Part shown: piece after piece, positions 42,053-56,166 of the stretch
How the letters are laid out: each line of letters opens with the position of its first letter
Position numbering within the stretch: position 1 is the stretch's first letter
Assembly (NCBI GenBank): GCA_002104945.1
Contig: MCFH01000023.1
Coordinates: forward strand, 682,001 to 746,000
Origin: Piromyces finnis finn
Taxonomy: Eukaryota > Fungi > Neocallimastigomycota
DNA: 64,000 nucleotides
Direction of reading: 5' to 3'
Translations under genes and position numbers: made by a program
Notes under the pieces: model-generated
Databases searched by the model: none
What the model was told of the DNA's origin: nothing
The model's input: only the letters and a program-made list of their open reading frames with translations

Positions 42053-43616
42053 TTAAATATTGTTAATAGCACCATCCTTATAGTAACATTTTAAAGAAAC
42101 CTTGAATTCAGACATTTGAATAAAGAAGTGTTTCTAGAGTTTTACAATTTATTTTAAAATATTTAGTTATTAATATTAATATTGATTAGATAATAAATAT
42201 TATATATTCTAAACTTACTAATAATTGAGCTTGTTCTGGAGTTAAAGTATCACCTTTCTTACAAACAGTGTAATCAAATAAGCAGGTAACAACACCAGTC
42301 TTAAGAGTAGTTGGTAAACCTAAAGCTCTTAATTGTGGTTCCATGTTTGATGGGAATGCTAATTTATCTTCACCTCTAGTAACAGGACCTTTTTAAATAT
42401 TAATATTTTTTACATTATTTTATATTATATTTAAAATTTAATAATCATTTATATAATTTTTATAAATGCTTATACTTTATCTATCTTACCTTCTGGAACA
42501 ACAAAGTCATGAGTGGCAATGAAACCAGAACGAGCATAGTCTTCCTTCTTGAAGTTTTCAAAGTATCTAAATTATATTTATAAGCATTATTAAAAAATGA
42601 TTTATTATTTGTATAAAAAGTAGTTTATATTATACTGTTATTTACTGTTGAACTTCCATTGGTGGAGCATCGGTAAAAAGTAAACCAACGTTTCCGACTA
42701 AACGCTATTTTTTGAAATATACAATTTTATTAATTGATTTGTTTTATTTTTTTAAAAAGTATAAACTGAATATTGATAATTACTTCAGCTAATTTACTTA
42801 AATTTGGTTTATATTCTTCTTCAGCTGTAGTACCTAAAGCCTTTGCCATAATTTTATTTTTACCGAAGAAAAATCTATTTATGGTTATAAAATTTCAATA
42901 TTGTATTTTCAAAATAATAATATATTTTTAAATTTTAATATTGCTATTTCTTTTTTTTCATTTACCTTGAAGTATTCCAATCATTTCTAACTTCCTTTAA
43001 ATAATAGTTTCTCATATTATCAATGTTGAAAATCCAAATGTATTGATATTTGTCAACGCATTTTTGAATCTTTTTGAGTATTATAAATAAAATTTAATAA
43101 ATTAACTTTAATTAAAGTGCTAAATATTTATAAATAATTACTAAATAATTACTTGTTCAACTAAAAGTTCCTTTTCTTCACGACCCTTCTTTTGAGTTTG
43201 GGTAAGGGAAACTATACAGTAAATAAATAAATAAATAAAAAAAAGAAAAAAATAAAAAGGAAAATTATTAATTATTTACAAATTAAATAATTATAATAAA
43301 TTAATAAATATATTAAAAACTGTGTAAGTAATTTATTGATTTTTAACTATTTATATATTAAATAAATTTTTATTGATATTATGAAATGTGTTTTTTTGTT
43401 TTATTAATTGAATTTTTATTAAGAAAATGGAGAAAAAAAAACTTCATTTTGAATTAAATTTCTGTTATACAATTTACTTTATCAAATAAATTTGGTATTT
43501 ATATCTTTTTACTTTCTTTAAAAAAAAAATATTATCTTTTATATCAATTTATATTATTATATACAACTCCATATTATTTGACGCTAACCTAACTTAGATC
43601 TCTTTGACTTTGGCAT
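42053..43616 (-). CDS. MRT4: mRNA turnover protein 4 / 60S assembly factor (uL10 paralogue), about 8 exons
   Basis: Spliced [95 protein letters not shown] and MSEFKV. Confidence 0.95.
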
Positions 43617-44070
43617 TTTATTTTATATTTTACTAAAAATTAATTTGAATAAAATTGAATTTTTTTTTTTAAAAAAAAAAAAAAATAAAAGATTAATTTT
43701 TTATAATTTTTAAAAAAATAAACCAATCATTTTTTAGTTTATATATCATTTTTATATTTAATTGGATCAGAATATGCGATACACATGATACACATAAATA
43801 AATACATTTATTGCATAAATTAATTTTAAAATATTTTAATAAAAATTTTAATTTATAAAATTATTTGAGAAATATAAATTAAAAAAAAAAATTTAAAATT
43901 TTTTTATCTTATATCTTCATTTATTTTTTTCTTAAAAATTTAAAAAAAATATTTTTTAAAAATTCAAATAATTGAATATTAATAAAACAGCAAATTAATA
44001 AAATAATTAAATAAAATAACTTATAAATAGAAATATATTACTTATTCTGTATATATAAAATTAAATAAAA

Positions 44071-44899
44071 ATGTTTGAAAATTCTTTAAAGAGAAGTAAA
44101 GAAAAGGTCCAAAATAAAGACTTTACACCAAAAGAATTAAGCTTTTTAATTGGAGCATTTGTTCTTCTTATTTACTTAGCTACTTACCCATTCTTTGGTC
44201 GCCTCTTTGCTGATATCGTAAATATCATTATAGAAAATATTTTTTAATTTATAATTTTAAAATATTTTAATAAAACTCGAAAAGAAATAATAAAAAAATT
44301 AAATTTAATTAACAATGATATATAATTTATTGGAATAAATATATATTGTATCCATATATAGATTGGATTTGTCTATCCAGCATATAAATCATTCCAAGCT
44401 TTAAATTATGGAAATTATGAAAAAAGAAAAGAAGTAAATAGTTTTTAAAATCATAAAATCATTATATAATTTTATATACATTTTAACAATAAAATATTAA
44501 TTTTAAATTAAATTAAAAATAAACATTTTATAGCTTTTATCTTACTGGGTAGTTTTATCATTCTTTTATGCTTTTGAATGTGTTTCAAATACACCAGGAA
44601 AAGTTAGATTATATTATATTTACAGATCTTTAATAACTCTTTGGTTATATTTACCTCAAACAAAGGTAAATTTAAAATAAATAGTATAATTTCAAAATTT
44701 TTAAAATAAACAATTGAAATTAATTTTTCTATTTTTCTTTTTTTTTTTTTTTTTTTTTTTTTTTTGAACTAAAAAAATAAATGACAAATAGGGTGCACAA
44801 TTTATATACAATAATATTATTAAAGTTGTATTAAAGCATAACCAAAAGTCTATCGATCAAACCGTTAAAGATATTTCAAATAAAATGCACTTAAATTAA
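44071..44899 (+). CDS. YOP1: ER-shaping protein, TB2/DP1/HVA22 family (Yop1/REEP5), 4 exons; missed by the ORF track
   Basis: IGFVYPAYKSFQAL, LLSYWVV, LWLYLPQTK-GAQFIY; phase-0 GT-AG introns. Confidence 0.9.
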
Positions 44900-46238
44900 A
44901 TAAATTTTAAACATACACAATTAAATTAAAACTAGAATTAATCTATAAAAAATTAAAATAATATTTATACAGCAAAATTATTACATGTAGTAATAAATAT
45001 TATATAATTTTTTTATAATATTTATATATAAAACATTATAGTACACATAAATTATAATAATCTATTAAATTATCTATCTCATTATTAAGAAACAATAATT
45101 CTATCTATCATTTAATAAGATTATATTGTTTTTTTTTTATAAAAAAAAAGTTATATAATTTTAATTATATGGTCGATATTAATTGATTCATAATTAATAA
45201 AAAAAAATTTTTTTTCGGATATGTAGGAGTAATTTCTTTAATAAGTAAAATTCAAATATAAAAAAAATACTTTAATTATTATGTTTTTTTTTTTTGCAAG
45301 CATTTTAAGGAAGGTGATAATATAATTTCTATATAAATGATTTGTTTTTTTTTTGTTGTTTTTTTTTCATATCCTTTAATTTTACATATGAAAAAAGAAA
45401 AAAAAATAATAAAAATTAATGGTATATTTAGCTATTTAAATGTTTAATTGGTAATTCATATTAATATACTAATTGATAGAATTATGTTTTTATTTATTTA
45501 TTAAATTATTTATTCATTTATTTATTGATGTATTGATTTGTTGATTTAATCAATAACCATATTTCTTTGTATTATATTTATTTACTCATTTATTTATTTT
45601 TTATTTTTTAAAACTTTTATTTGTATCAAATAATATTATTTGTTTAATTTAAATTATTTTTAATATTTGTTTTATATTAAATTTATATTAAATACATAAT
45701 TATTAATTTTAATATTAAAAACTTTAATAATATTTATTAATTTTATAGATTGTAAATTGGTATAAAAAAGATGGCGGCGGTCTATTTAAACTTTTGTATG
45801 AAATAAAAACAATAAATACAATAGAAAATGTAAAATGTATTATGTAGCATTCTTTATAATATTTTAAAATACTAATTTTTAGAGTTGTATAATAAATTTA
45901 AATATGCATCTATATAATGTATAATGTATAATAAATAAATAAATAATTTTATTATTTAAATTTAATGAAATATTATTTATTTATATATCATAAACATGGA
46001 TAAAAAATAGATTAAATATTTATAATAAATTTATATATTAAGTAAATAATAAATAAATATTTTTAATACATAAGATTTTAAGATTTTTTAGGTATATATA
46101 AAAAATTAATTTTCTTTTAAAAAATTATAATATTTTTATTAAAACATAATACTATTATAAATACATTTCGAAATTTTATATAAATATTTTTTTATACAGA
46201 GGATTATCAATAAATAAGAATAGTGATATAAAATAATA

Positions 46239-47336
46239 ATGTCTGACGATACTGGAAAATACGATCAAAATAGTAAAATCAACAAAAAGTTACAATCATA
46301 TTACTTTAATAATGTGAATAACCATGATGTCAATTTTTCTAAGCCTGTTTCCAAAAAAACAAATAGAAATTCAATGATTCATATTGATCCAGAAGAATTA
46401 CCTGAAGTTGAAAGTACTTCTTTAGGTATTGACCTTTCGAATCTTGATTCAATTATTACTTCTGATGTTCAAGATTTATTTAGTTCTACTTGGAAAGAAA
46501 GTGAAACTTCTTTAAATCTTGATTTTGATAATTTAACACTCAATACCCCAACTGATATAACTGTAAATAAAGAAATAAATGAAAAAGAAAACAGTATTTC
46601 ATTAGAAAATACATTAGCTGATATGATTAGAAAAGCTTATGACCAAAATTCTTTTATTTTAAGTTCAAAAGGAAACTTTGTTTGTTTCTTCTGTAAAGCT
46701 GAAGCTTCTATTGGTTGCCCAAAAGATTGCAAAAATAGAAATACTATGAGACAAATGCAACAAGACTTTGTATATTTAAAAGAGTTGTGGGAGGTAAATT
46801 ATTTAATATTGTTATTGTTGATGTTAACATTATTATAAATAGTACATTATTTATTATTTAAATAATAAAAATCAGTAAATATCATATATAATGAACTCTA
46901 ATAAAATTTTATTATTATATAATAATTATAACAGAGTGCAGAATATATGTTACCAAGAAATGAAATGGAAGAAAACTTTAAAGAATTTTGTGAAGAATAC
47001 GAAAAGAGTTCTGAAAAGGATTTATATGTTGAATTTATGAATTTAAAAATTATAGATTGTATTAGAAATAATCAAGATAATTTACAAGCTATAGAAGATG
47101 CATATAAGTCTTCTGAACCAAAATATGAGTCAGATACATTAATTGGTTTCTCTCGTTTAAATAAATTTGAATTTTTAGATATCACTAATAGACAAGCTAA
47201 TGCTCTGGCAAATGCTTTTAAAAATACTCAACCAGAAAACTTTTCTAAAGAATCTTCAAAAGAACTTGAGATAATTTATGAAATAATCAGACTTATTTGT
47301 ATATTTACTTCAAAGGAATTTATTGAAGCAAATTAG
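46239..47336 (+). CDS. Hypothetical protein with a CxxC-x7-C-x3-C putative zinc-binding motif, 2 exons
   Basis: ORF 46239 has a donor after ...LKELWE (GTAAAT) and an acceptor ACAG before SAEYMLPRN, which joins ORF 46947-47336. Motif CFFCKAEASIGCPKDC. Confidence 0.7.
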
Positions 47337-47803
47337 AATTTCAATATAGGCCAGCAATTATTTATGTTTCTTTGATGAGATATTAAAGAAGTAATTTTTA
47401 CTTCAATAGTTTGAATAAATAACTTGTAAATTGTCTTAAATGAAACATCCACCTAATTATTAATGAAAATGATATTTTAACCAACTATATATAATTTTTG
47501 TATATAATCGTTTATTGGTATATTACTATTTTTAAAAGAAATTTAATTATATATATTTATTTATTAACTTATTCATTTGTATCAAAAAAATAGTTTTCTT
47601 TTTTCCATACTAAAATATTTAATAAAAACAAATAAAAAGCATTATCATAGTAAAAACAAATATAAAATTTTAAATTAAAAAAAATTAAATTAAAAAAAAA
47701 CAATATTAAACAAATAAACAAAATTTAAAATAAAAATAAAAAGTTAAGTATTAGAAAAATAATTACATTTTTATATGAAAAATAGAATTAGATATAAAGA
47801 GTA

Positions 47804-47839
<36 letters not shown>

Positions 47840-48536
47840 CAATAAATATTATGAATGAAATAAAAAAAAATAAGAATTCTGTATTTTTTTTTAAAGTGTA
47901 AATATTTTTAAAACATAGGATATATGTATTTAAAATAAATTAATTAAATACAAATGGGTATTTAAACCTTTAAAACTTCTGAAAATAGTCATTGCTGGCT
48001 AATAACATAAATTATTATTATGGTTGGAAGCTTTGTATTGACTATTAAAAAATGGAAATCTTTCATAAGTGGCAGGTTTAATTTGGCACTTGTAAAAACA
48101 ATAACTTTTATAAATTTTCCAAAAGTATTATATATGCTTTAATTTATCTTATAAAATATAAATACATCCAAATATATCCAATATAAAATCCATTTATCAA
48201 TATAAAAAATAAAAATAAATAAAACAAATCATAAACTTAAATATAAATATAAAAGTTAATTTTATAATTATTCTTTAGTTATTAATATAAATAATTATTA
48301 GTAGTTGCAATATTATACATATATATTTTTATTATATTTTATTTAATATAAATATAATATATATTACATGATTATTTATACTTTAATATTATTTTATTAG
48401 AATATAAATATAAGAGCAATTGAATTTTCTATATATATGAAATAAAAATAAACATTAACTATTATAAAATTTATATATTTTTTTTTATTACTTTTTGTGT
48501 GTATGTGTGTTTTAATTTTCTAATAATACATTTTAT

Positions 48537-51500
48537 TTAATGTATTTTATTGTAAAAATAGCTTTTAATATTAAAAATAAATTCTTTAGCTCCAAAGTTG
48601 GTTTCAACTTTAGCATAATTGAATAAACCTATATTTGGATATAATTCAAGATCCTCTGTTAAGAAATTCTTAACAGCCACACCCATAAATTTTCCATTTT
48701 TAGTAAAGAATGCTAAATTATTTTTGAAATCAATACCACAACCAATAACATCATTTTGTGTAAAGGTTTCTCCATACTTTTCAAGAGAATTATTTTTATT
48801 AATGCTTCCTGTATTATAATAATCCCATGAATAAAGACGATCTTAAATTATATATAAAAAAAAATGTGAGTGAATGAATATTTTATGAGTATTCTATAAT
48901 TTAAATTAAAACTTTTTTTTTTAATACATATAATTATCATTTATTTGGCAATATATATTTACCTGGATATCTATTTAATTGAACTTTTGATGTTGAAAAA
49001 CCAATAGACCATGAATAAAGACATTTCTTGGATGGATTTGACATACCAACTTTTATTTCATAATAAAACAAGTCCATATTATTTGATATTGCCTTTGAAG
49101 TTAAAATATTCGTCCACCCTGATTCTATTGAAAGGAAAAATAAAATATTCATTAGCTTTACATTATTCTACTGATTAAATATATATTTACATTTTTTATT
49201 AATTAATTATTATATAAATACCATCATTATTAAAAATAATTAGTTGATCAACTTCATTTAATCTTACAGCTTTTTTAATAATATTATCTTTATTTTTTGG
49301 AATGTAATTTAATTCGGAAGTTTTTCTATTATATATAATTAAAGTATGCTTATTAAAATCGATATTTGCTTCAGCTCCAAAAAGATGCACTTGTTTTTTA
49401 ACAATAGATTCATCAGCAACTATACCCTTTGATTTTGAATTATTCATTAATGAATTTATTACATAATTTAAAGTGTTGTTGAAATAGGAAGCAACAGAGA
49501 ATTTTGGTTTCTTTTCCATTTCAACCTTTCTTTTCTTGTTTTTATTTATAGGAGATACAATTGAAGTAGTTTTTACTTCTTTGATATCTTTTATTATTTG
49601 CATCATCTTAATTTTCTTACGAATATTATTTTGAATATTCAAACTTTTAAAACCACGAACACTTTGATAGTCTAAAAAGTTTGTATAAAAAGTATGCTTA
49701 TCTTTATTATGTTTTGCGTTATGTTTGTTTACTCTGTAATATTGAGCCTGATTTTTATTAAATTTTTTCTTTTTCATTTGTATTTTTCCTTCTTTCTGAT
49801 ATTTCTTTTCTGGTGACCATTGAAGAAGAAGTAAATTATCATTGGAATCATATTTGGATAATGCATTATTAATATAATTTGAAATGTTTTCTTTCTTAAC
49901 ATTTATTTTTTTTTCATGATCTTTTTCTTTTTCGTCATATAATATTTTACATTTATTATCTAAATTTTATATATTAAAAATGGTATTATTTTTAGAATAT
50001 CACAATATAACTTTATCAAAATATAAAAAAAAAATAATTACCTAATTTTTTTGATGATTCAATAGCTTTTTCAAGAAGTCTCTTTTGGATGTATTTTATT
50101 AAATTATATATGAAATTAATAAATTTCCAACAAATATTAAATATGGTATGATTTTTAAGTAATTTTGCTATCCAACATAGTATTGTATATTTAAATTTAT
50201 TTTTTCTAGTATCTAATTCTTTTTGAATCACATTAAATATTAAATGAATTAGAGATGAAACGTTTTAAAATATATTATTTTGTATTTTTATAACATTAAT
50301 ACTTACTATCCATTGTTTTGTTATTAATATTATTATTGCTTTCATACTTTGTAGTAGTAACTTCACTTTTCTTATTAAAAGCTTTATTTAATTCATGTGT
50401 AATTTGAGGAATATTATCTTTATTTTTATTCCATCTTCTATAATTAAAATCAAAAGCATATTTATTGTTGAGGTTTACATTTGATTTTTGAGTATTAGAT
50501 GATGGATTTTCTTTCTTCAATTTTGTTTCTTCTTTTTGACGAAGTATAAATAAATTAGGGGAAGGATTTTCTTTTTTCAATTTTGCTTCTTCATTTTGAC
50601 GGAGTTCAAGAAGATTCTCAATACTACCAAGTAAATTGATATTTTGGCAAGAATCCCTCAATTTAAGTTTACTATATTCTTTTATATTATTTTTAGTTGT
50701 TTTATCAAAAGTTGATAATAAATTTTTAATAAATGATGTTTCACCTTCTGTAAATATAAGACTATTCTCAGAAGGTAAATCATTTTCTTTCTTAAACCAT
50801 ACATCCATTAATACTTCAATTTCTTGAGGTGTAAACATAGAAGAAATATTTTTATTTTTATTTAATAATTGAGTATTGATACTGAGAGTAATATCATCTA
50901 AATCTTTTGCAATATTTGGATCTGGCTTTGCTAAAATGTTTTTACGCTCAGAAGCAGAATTTGATATTGATAAAGGCTTTGAACTATTTGGTAAATTAAA
51001 TTTAAAAGTTTTCATTGGACTAAATGCTTTATCAGGGGTTTGAGTTGGTGAAATACTGTGTTTTTTATCTTTAGTAGCACCTGCATCATAGCCATTATTA
51101 AAAACATCATTCTTATTATGATAATCATAATATGAAATTAAATTATCATATTTCTTTAGTAATTTCTTTCCCGCATAGTATTCAGTAATTGGACTCTTCT
51201 TATTTTTTATTTTAACTTCATTATTGGAATCACTAAGTCTATACTTTTTTCTTTCTTTTATTTTACCTGAAACTGGTGATTCACTCCATGGAACCTGGTT
51301 GTCCTTTTCTGAATTAATATCCCATGTAAGTGGTTCATTGTTAAAATTAATATCAGCTGTTGCAATTGGGTTTTCATTTACATAACGAAGATTTGTATTT
51401 AGCATTAACTTATTATCTTTGTTATGACGAAATTCTTCTTTGAAAGGTGAATTTTTATCATTATTATATTTATAGTCTTGAATAATCTGATCAAATAATC

Positions 51501-53119
51501 CATCTTGTTTTTCTTTTGTAGATGACTCTCTTTCTGATTTAAAGTCATTTTCTTCATTTAAGTAATTATTAAAAATAAAGTTTAAAACATCCTTATCAAA
51601 TTCAGACGATTTATTTTTCTTTTTAAGAATAAGTTTGTCATCGTTATTAAGATTAAGGGTTAATTTATTCAATTTTTGACTTAATTCTTCTATATGCTTC
51701 TTTTTGTCTTCTTGTTCTGAATGTGTTTTTTTGTTGGAATTACCAGCAAATGCATTGGTAATTATATTTGGACAATATGTACATTCATATAATAAATGAT
51801 CAGAAAGTTTACTCTGTTTATTGCACCAAGTACAACCATTACTATAGAATGGGCATTTAATTTCAATAGATATGTCTTCACTACCATCACTATTTTTATT
51901 TTTTTCCACTGATGGAATATTTCTACTATTAGTATTATCTAATGTTTTTAATTTATTCGACTGGTTCTTTTCTTCATTATCCTTAAATTCTTTTATTAAA
52001 TTATCAATATAAAGAATTTTATTATTCAATTCTGGATTATTTGTCTCACTTGTAATACTATTATTATTATTGGAAATACTTTGATCTATTAAGTCCTTAA
52101 GTGCACTATTCAAATCATTTAATATTAAAGGCTTTGTTGTTGATTGCTATAATTTTTTTTTTAAATTTATTAAATATTATTAAAAAAAAAAAGTTTAAAT
52201 AATTAGTAATTTAAATTTTATTTCTTTATTAACAATAATTATAAATATTTTTTACCGTTTGTTTCTTTTGACTTCCAGAATTTAAATTATTTAATTCCTT
52301 TTCTTTGTCCTTATTTATTAAATCAGTAATGTCTTTTGAATACTCGCTTAAATTCTTTTGAATAATTTTATTTATACTACATTCAGAACCGTTTAAACTT
52401 GAGTTTAACGAAATATCAGCATCGTATTTAATTTCCTTAGCATTTATTGATTTCAAATTTTCCAAAATTTCATCCTTATTTTTACTGTTTCTTTTATGCT
52501 TTACTTTAATTTCTGTTTCATCTTTCTTCTTTAATTCTTTGTTCTTTTTGCTCCTCTTTTTTGATTCTTTTACTTTCTTATTCTTTTTCTTAGATTCAAA
52601 TGGTAATTTTTCATGTTTTTCTTTTCTTCTCTCTTTTTTATTTTCTGTAGTATTAATTTCAGCCCCATTTGTTGGAAATGCACCTTTACCATCTAAATAT
52701 GGATCTTTTAAATCAAATGAATTTTTATTTTGACGTTTTAATGGATTAAAGTCTAATAAAAATCCATTATTATTCATAAAATTGTCATCTTTATCAACAA
52801 TTTGATTAATCTTATTAATAGCTTTTGAAATATTTTTATTCCATTGTTCTGTACTATTTTTTCTAGATGGATTATATATTCCTTTTTTATTTTGGAATTT
52901 AGCATTACCTTTTTTTACACTATTCACATGATCTAAACTAGCTGAACTTGGATAATATTGAGTTTCATTTTCCGAATTTAATACACTCACATCAAAAATT
53001 TTTTTATATTCACTAATATTTTGACCATAGCTATCACTTATATTACTTTCATTCATTGTATTTACTTTCCAATTATGAGAAAATTTTATATATGATTCAA
53101 GAGGACCTGTACTTCCCAT
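48537..53119 (-). CDS. About 1,370-aa protein with low-complexity N-terminus, TRAF-type zinc finger and C-terminal SPRY domain, 6 exons
   Basis: Phase-compatible splices join ORFs 52229-53119, 50296-52113, 50016-50231, 49199-49777 and 48937-49152, plus a last exon YGETFTQNDVIGCGIDF...FFTKNG...LYPNIGL...VETNFG (RanBP9/Ssh4-type SPRY). Zinc finger CPFYSNGCTW...DHLLYECTYCP. Confidence 0.8.
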
Positions 53120-55174
53120 TTTTATTAATTTATATTGAAAATATAAATATTTATTAATTATATTAAAATTTATATTATAATTAATATATTACTGCTATTT
53201 AAATATGTTTTAATAAAAAAAAAAAAAAAAGGATTTAAACACTATAATTATTATAATCTATAAAAGTATTTTTTTTTTTTTCAATTATTTTGATTATACT
53301 AAATATTAATTTATAACATCTATATTAAAGAAAAAAGATTCAATAAATATTTCTTTTTTTATTTTATTTTATTATTTAGTTTACTACCTTACTTAATATT
53401 ATTAATTACTTTGGATTTAAATGTATATACAATAAAATAATTTAAATTTTTGACGAATAAATGATTGATAATGAAATATTAATGAAACTAATAATATGGA
53501 AATGTAAAAAAAAAATATGAAAATAATTATAATGTATCGTTATAAAACATATGATAAATGATAATTGACAATTGATAATTGATAATTAAATGAATAAAAA
53601 AATATAATATATGTAATTATTATAATAATTAACGATAGTATGTAAAATATATTTGATAATTAAATAAGTCGAATTTAATAAAAATTAAAAAGTTTTAACA
53701 ACAATTTTTGAATTAAAAAAAAACTAATGCCAATAATATTTAAGAAAATAAAAATTATTTAATTTATATATAAAATATAAAATAATAATAGTATTTAATA
53801 ATTCTTGTTACCTAATACTATTTATATAATATTGTTGGTTACATTAATATTTTTTTTCAATAATAAAAAAATAATCTTAAGGTTAAAGTATTCACAAAAA
53901 TAATGTTGATTATATAGTTTATTATTATTATTTTTATTAATATTATTTTCTTTAGATAATATTTATTATGATGTTTTTTAACATTTCGATTATTATTAAT
54001 ACTAATAATAATCCAATTTATTTTATTTATTATTTTTTTTTCTCTTTTTAATTATAGTAAATTTTTAAAAAAAAAAAAAAAATTTAAATTTAAATTTTTT
54101 GATATACTATAAATAAATGTTTATTTAAAAAGTATACATATTTATAAATTTCTATAAATGTTGACCAATTCATGGATTATAATATTAATGTTAATTTCAT
54201 TATTAATGATTATATAAAATATTTTCTTAAACTGTTTGTTTTTATTAATATATATATAATATTTTTATGATAATTATTATATATTATTAGGCATTTATAA
54301 GGACAATATATTGATTTGCATAGTTAAGTATTCATTTTAAGGTATTAATAAATAAAAATTATTTAGAATAAAAATTATAAAAAAGGATGACATTTATTTA
54401 ATCTTTTTATAGCAAGAAAATAACCATAAAATATTTAAACATAGTATGTTTCATTTTTAAATATAGCTTTACATTTTTTTTATAAATTAAAATGATATTA
54501 ACTATATATTTTTTCATTTATGTTTTTTTTATTTTTTCCGAAAGAATAACTTTTTTTTTATTATCAAAATAAATTTATGAAAACTTTAAATTATTTTAAA
54601 GTTAATAAATATTTGATGAATAATATGGAATGGATGTAATATTATAACCTATATTTATTATATTTGTTTATTTAATTGTTAGTGTTTCATGTACAACTAA
54701 ATATTTATTATTAAATTCTCTCAAGTTAAAAGTCATAACATAAATTTTGTAAAGTTTAATTCATACTTATAATAATTATTACTTGAAAAACATACTAAAT
54801 AAAAAATATTCTATTAATATATGTATTACAATTACGTTAAGATATACAAAGCAATATAAAATAATAACTAAAGTAATAAATGTAATAATAATAAATTGGT
54901 ATAAAAATTAGTATTTATATACTTTTTTTAATGACATTTAAATCATTAATTTAAACATTTTCTCTATAATAAAATTTTATGGTGGTGTTGTTCAGTATTT
55001 TAAGTGTAACAAATTAAATAGGTTATATATTAAAAATAAAATTGATAATATTAATAAATTAAAAAAAAAATTTAATTTTTTCTTATTGGAGTGTATGATA
55101 CAATATACAATCTTTAAATTTTATATTTAAAGAAAAAAAAAATAATAATAAAATAATAAAAAAAGAAAAAGTAA

Positions 55175-56166
55175 ATGGGTTTTATTGATTCACTCACTTC
55201 TCAATTTCCTGTATTTATTCAAATATTAGCTTCATTAGCTATATTAGCAATTGTAATAGTATTTAGAGCACCTTCTTACTTTAAAGGTTCATTTTCTAGA
55301 AGCTATAAAGCATCCGTTGAAAGATTATTTTTAATTATTAGTGATCGTAATATTTTTCGTGAACATAGAAAAGCTTTAGAACTTGTTGAAGATTTAACTG
55401 ACAAGAACGATGCAGATGCTAAGCCAAAATGGAAAGGTATCATATAATATTAATTTATGTATTTATTATGAATATGATAATAATTAAAATTAAATTGTTT
55501 AAATAAATAAACAATAACAATATACTAAACAAACGGTTAAACATTATTTTAATTAAAAGTACATTAAATTTATATATGATATTAAATTGTTAATTATTAA
55601 ATATTAAAATAAATAAAACATTTATAAACAAATTTCAAATCTATAGAATACAGCTCAAAGGGAGCTGGATATATTATTTATCAAATTAATCGTTCCGTTC
55701 CAAATGAATTATTGGAAGTTGAAATGGTTGAATCCACTTTCCACATGAGAGTAAATATTAACAGTTAATTTAATTTGAAATATTATATGTTTAGTAATTC
55801 TGATTTCAAGAATATTCTAATTGTTTATATTAAATCATTAAAACATTTATCTTTTCAATAATTTAATTTTATAATTTTCAAAATATTATAAAGGCTAAAT
55901 TTACCTATGAAATTAGTGAAGATCCTGATGATTCTTCATTAAGTTTAGTAACTATTACTGAAGAATCTAATATTACTAATGTAATTGTAAAATTAATTAT
56001 GAGTATCGGAGGTCGTGGAGCAAATGCAAGAAGAGATTTAGATATTATTGAAAGTGAATTGAAACTTCAACATGAAGTATACGAAGAATATAAAACTAAA
56101 TATGAAAAAGAAAACGAAGGAGAAATACCAAAAGAAGAAGATATTGTAACCAAGAAAGATAATTAA
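55175..56166 (+). CDS. N-terminally anchored SRPBCC (START/Bet v1-like) domain protein, 3 exons
   Basis: TM segment VFIQILASLAILAIVIVF, then SRSYKASVERLFLIISD...KWKE...IIYQI...VPNELLEVEM...FTYEI...VTITEES, the layout of bacterial polyketide-cyclase-like SRPBCC proteins. Splice phases are consistent. Confidence 0.7.

Noticed and set aside
44730-47840. Other long A/T homopolymers (44730, 47808; also 27993 and 62516) as retroposon tails
   Set aside because: I found no flanking target-site duplication; such runs are common in this genome.
47960-48110. In-frame TGA as possible selenocysteine in a minus-strand frame
   Set aside because: The peptide resembles no selenoprotein, has no redox motif, and no SECIS was apparent.
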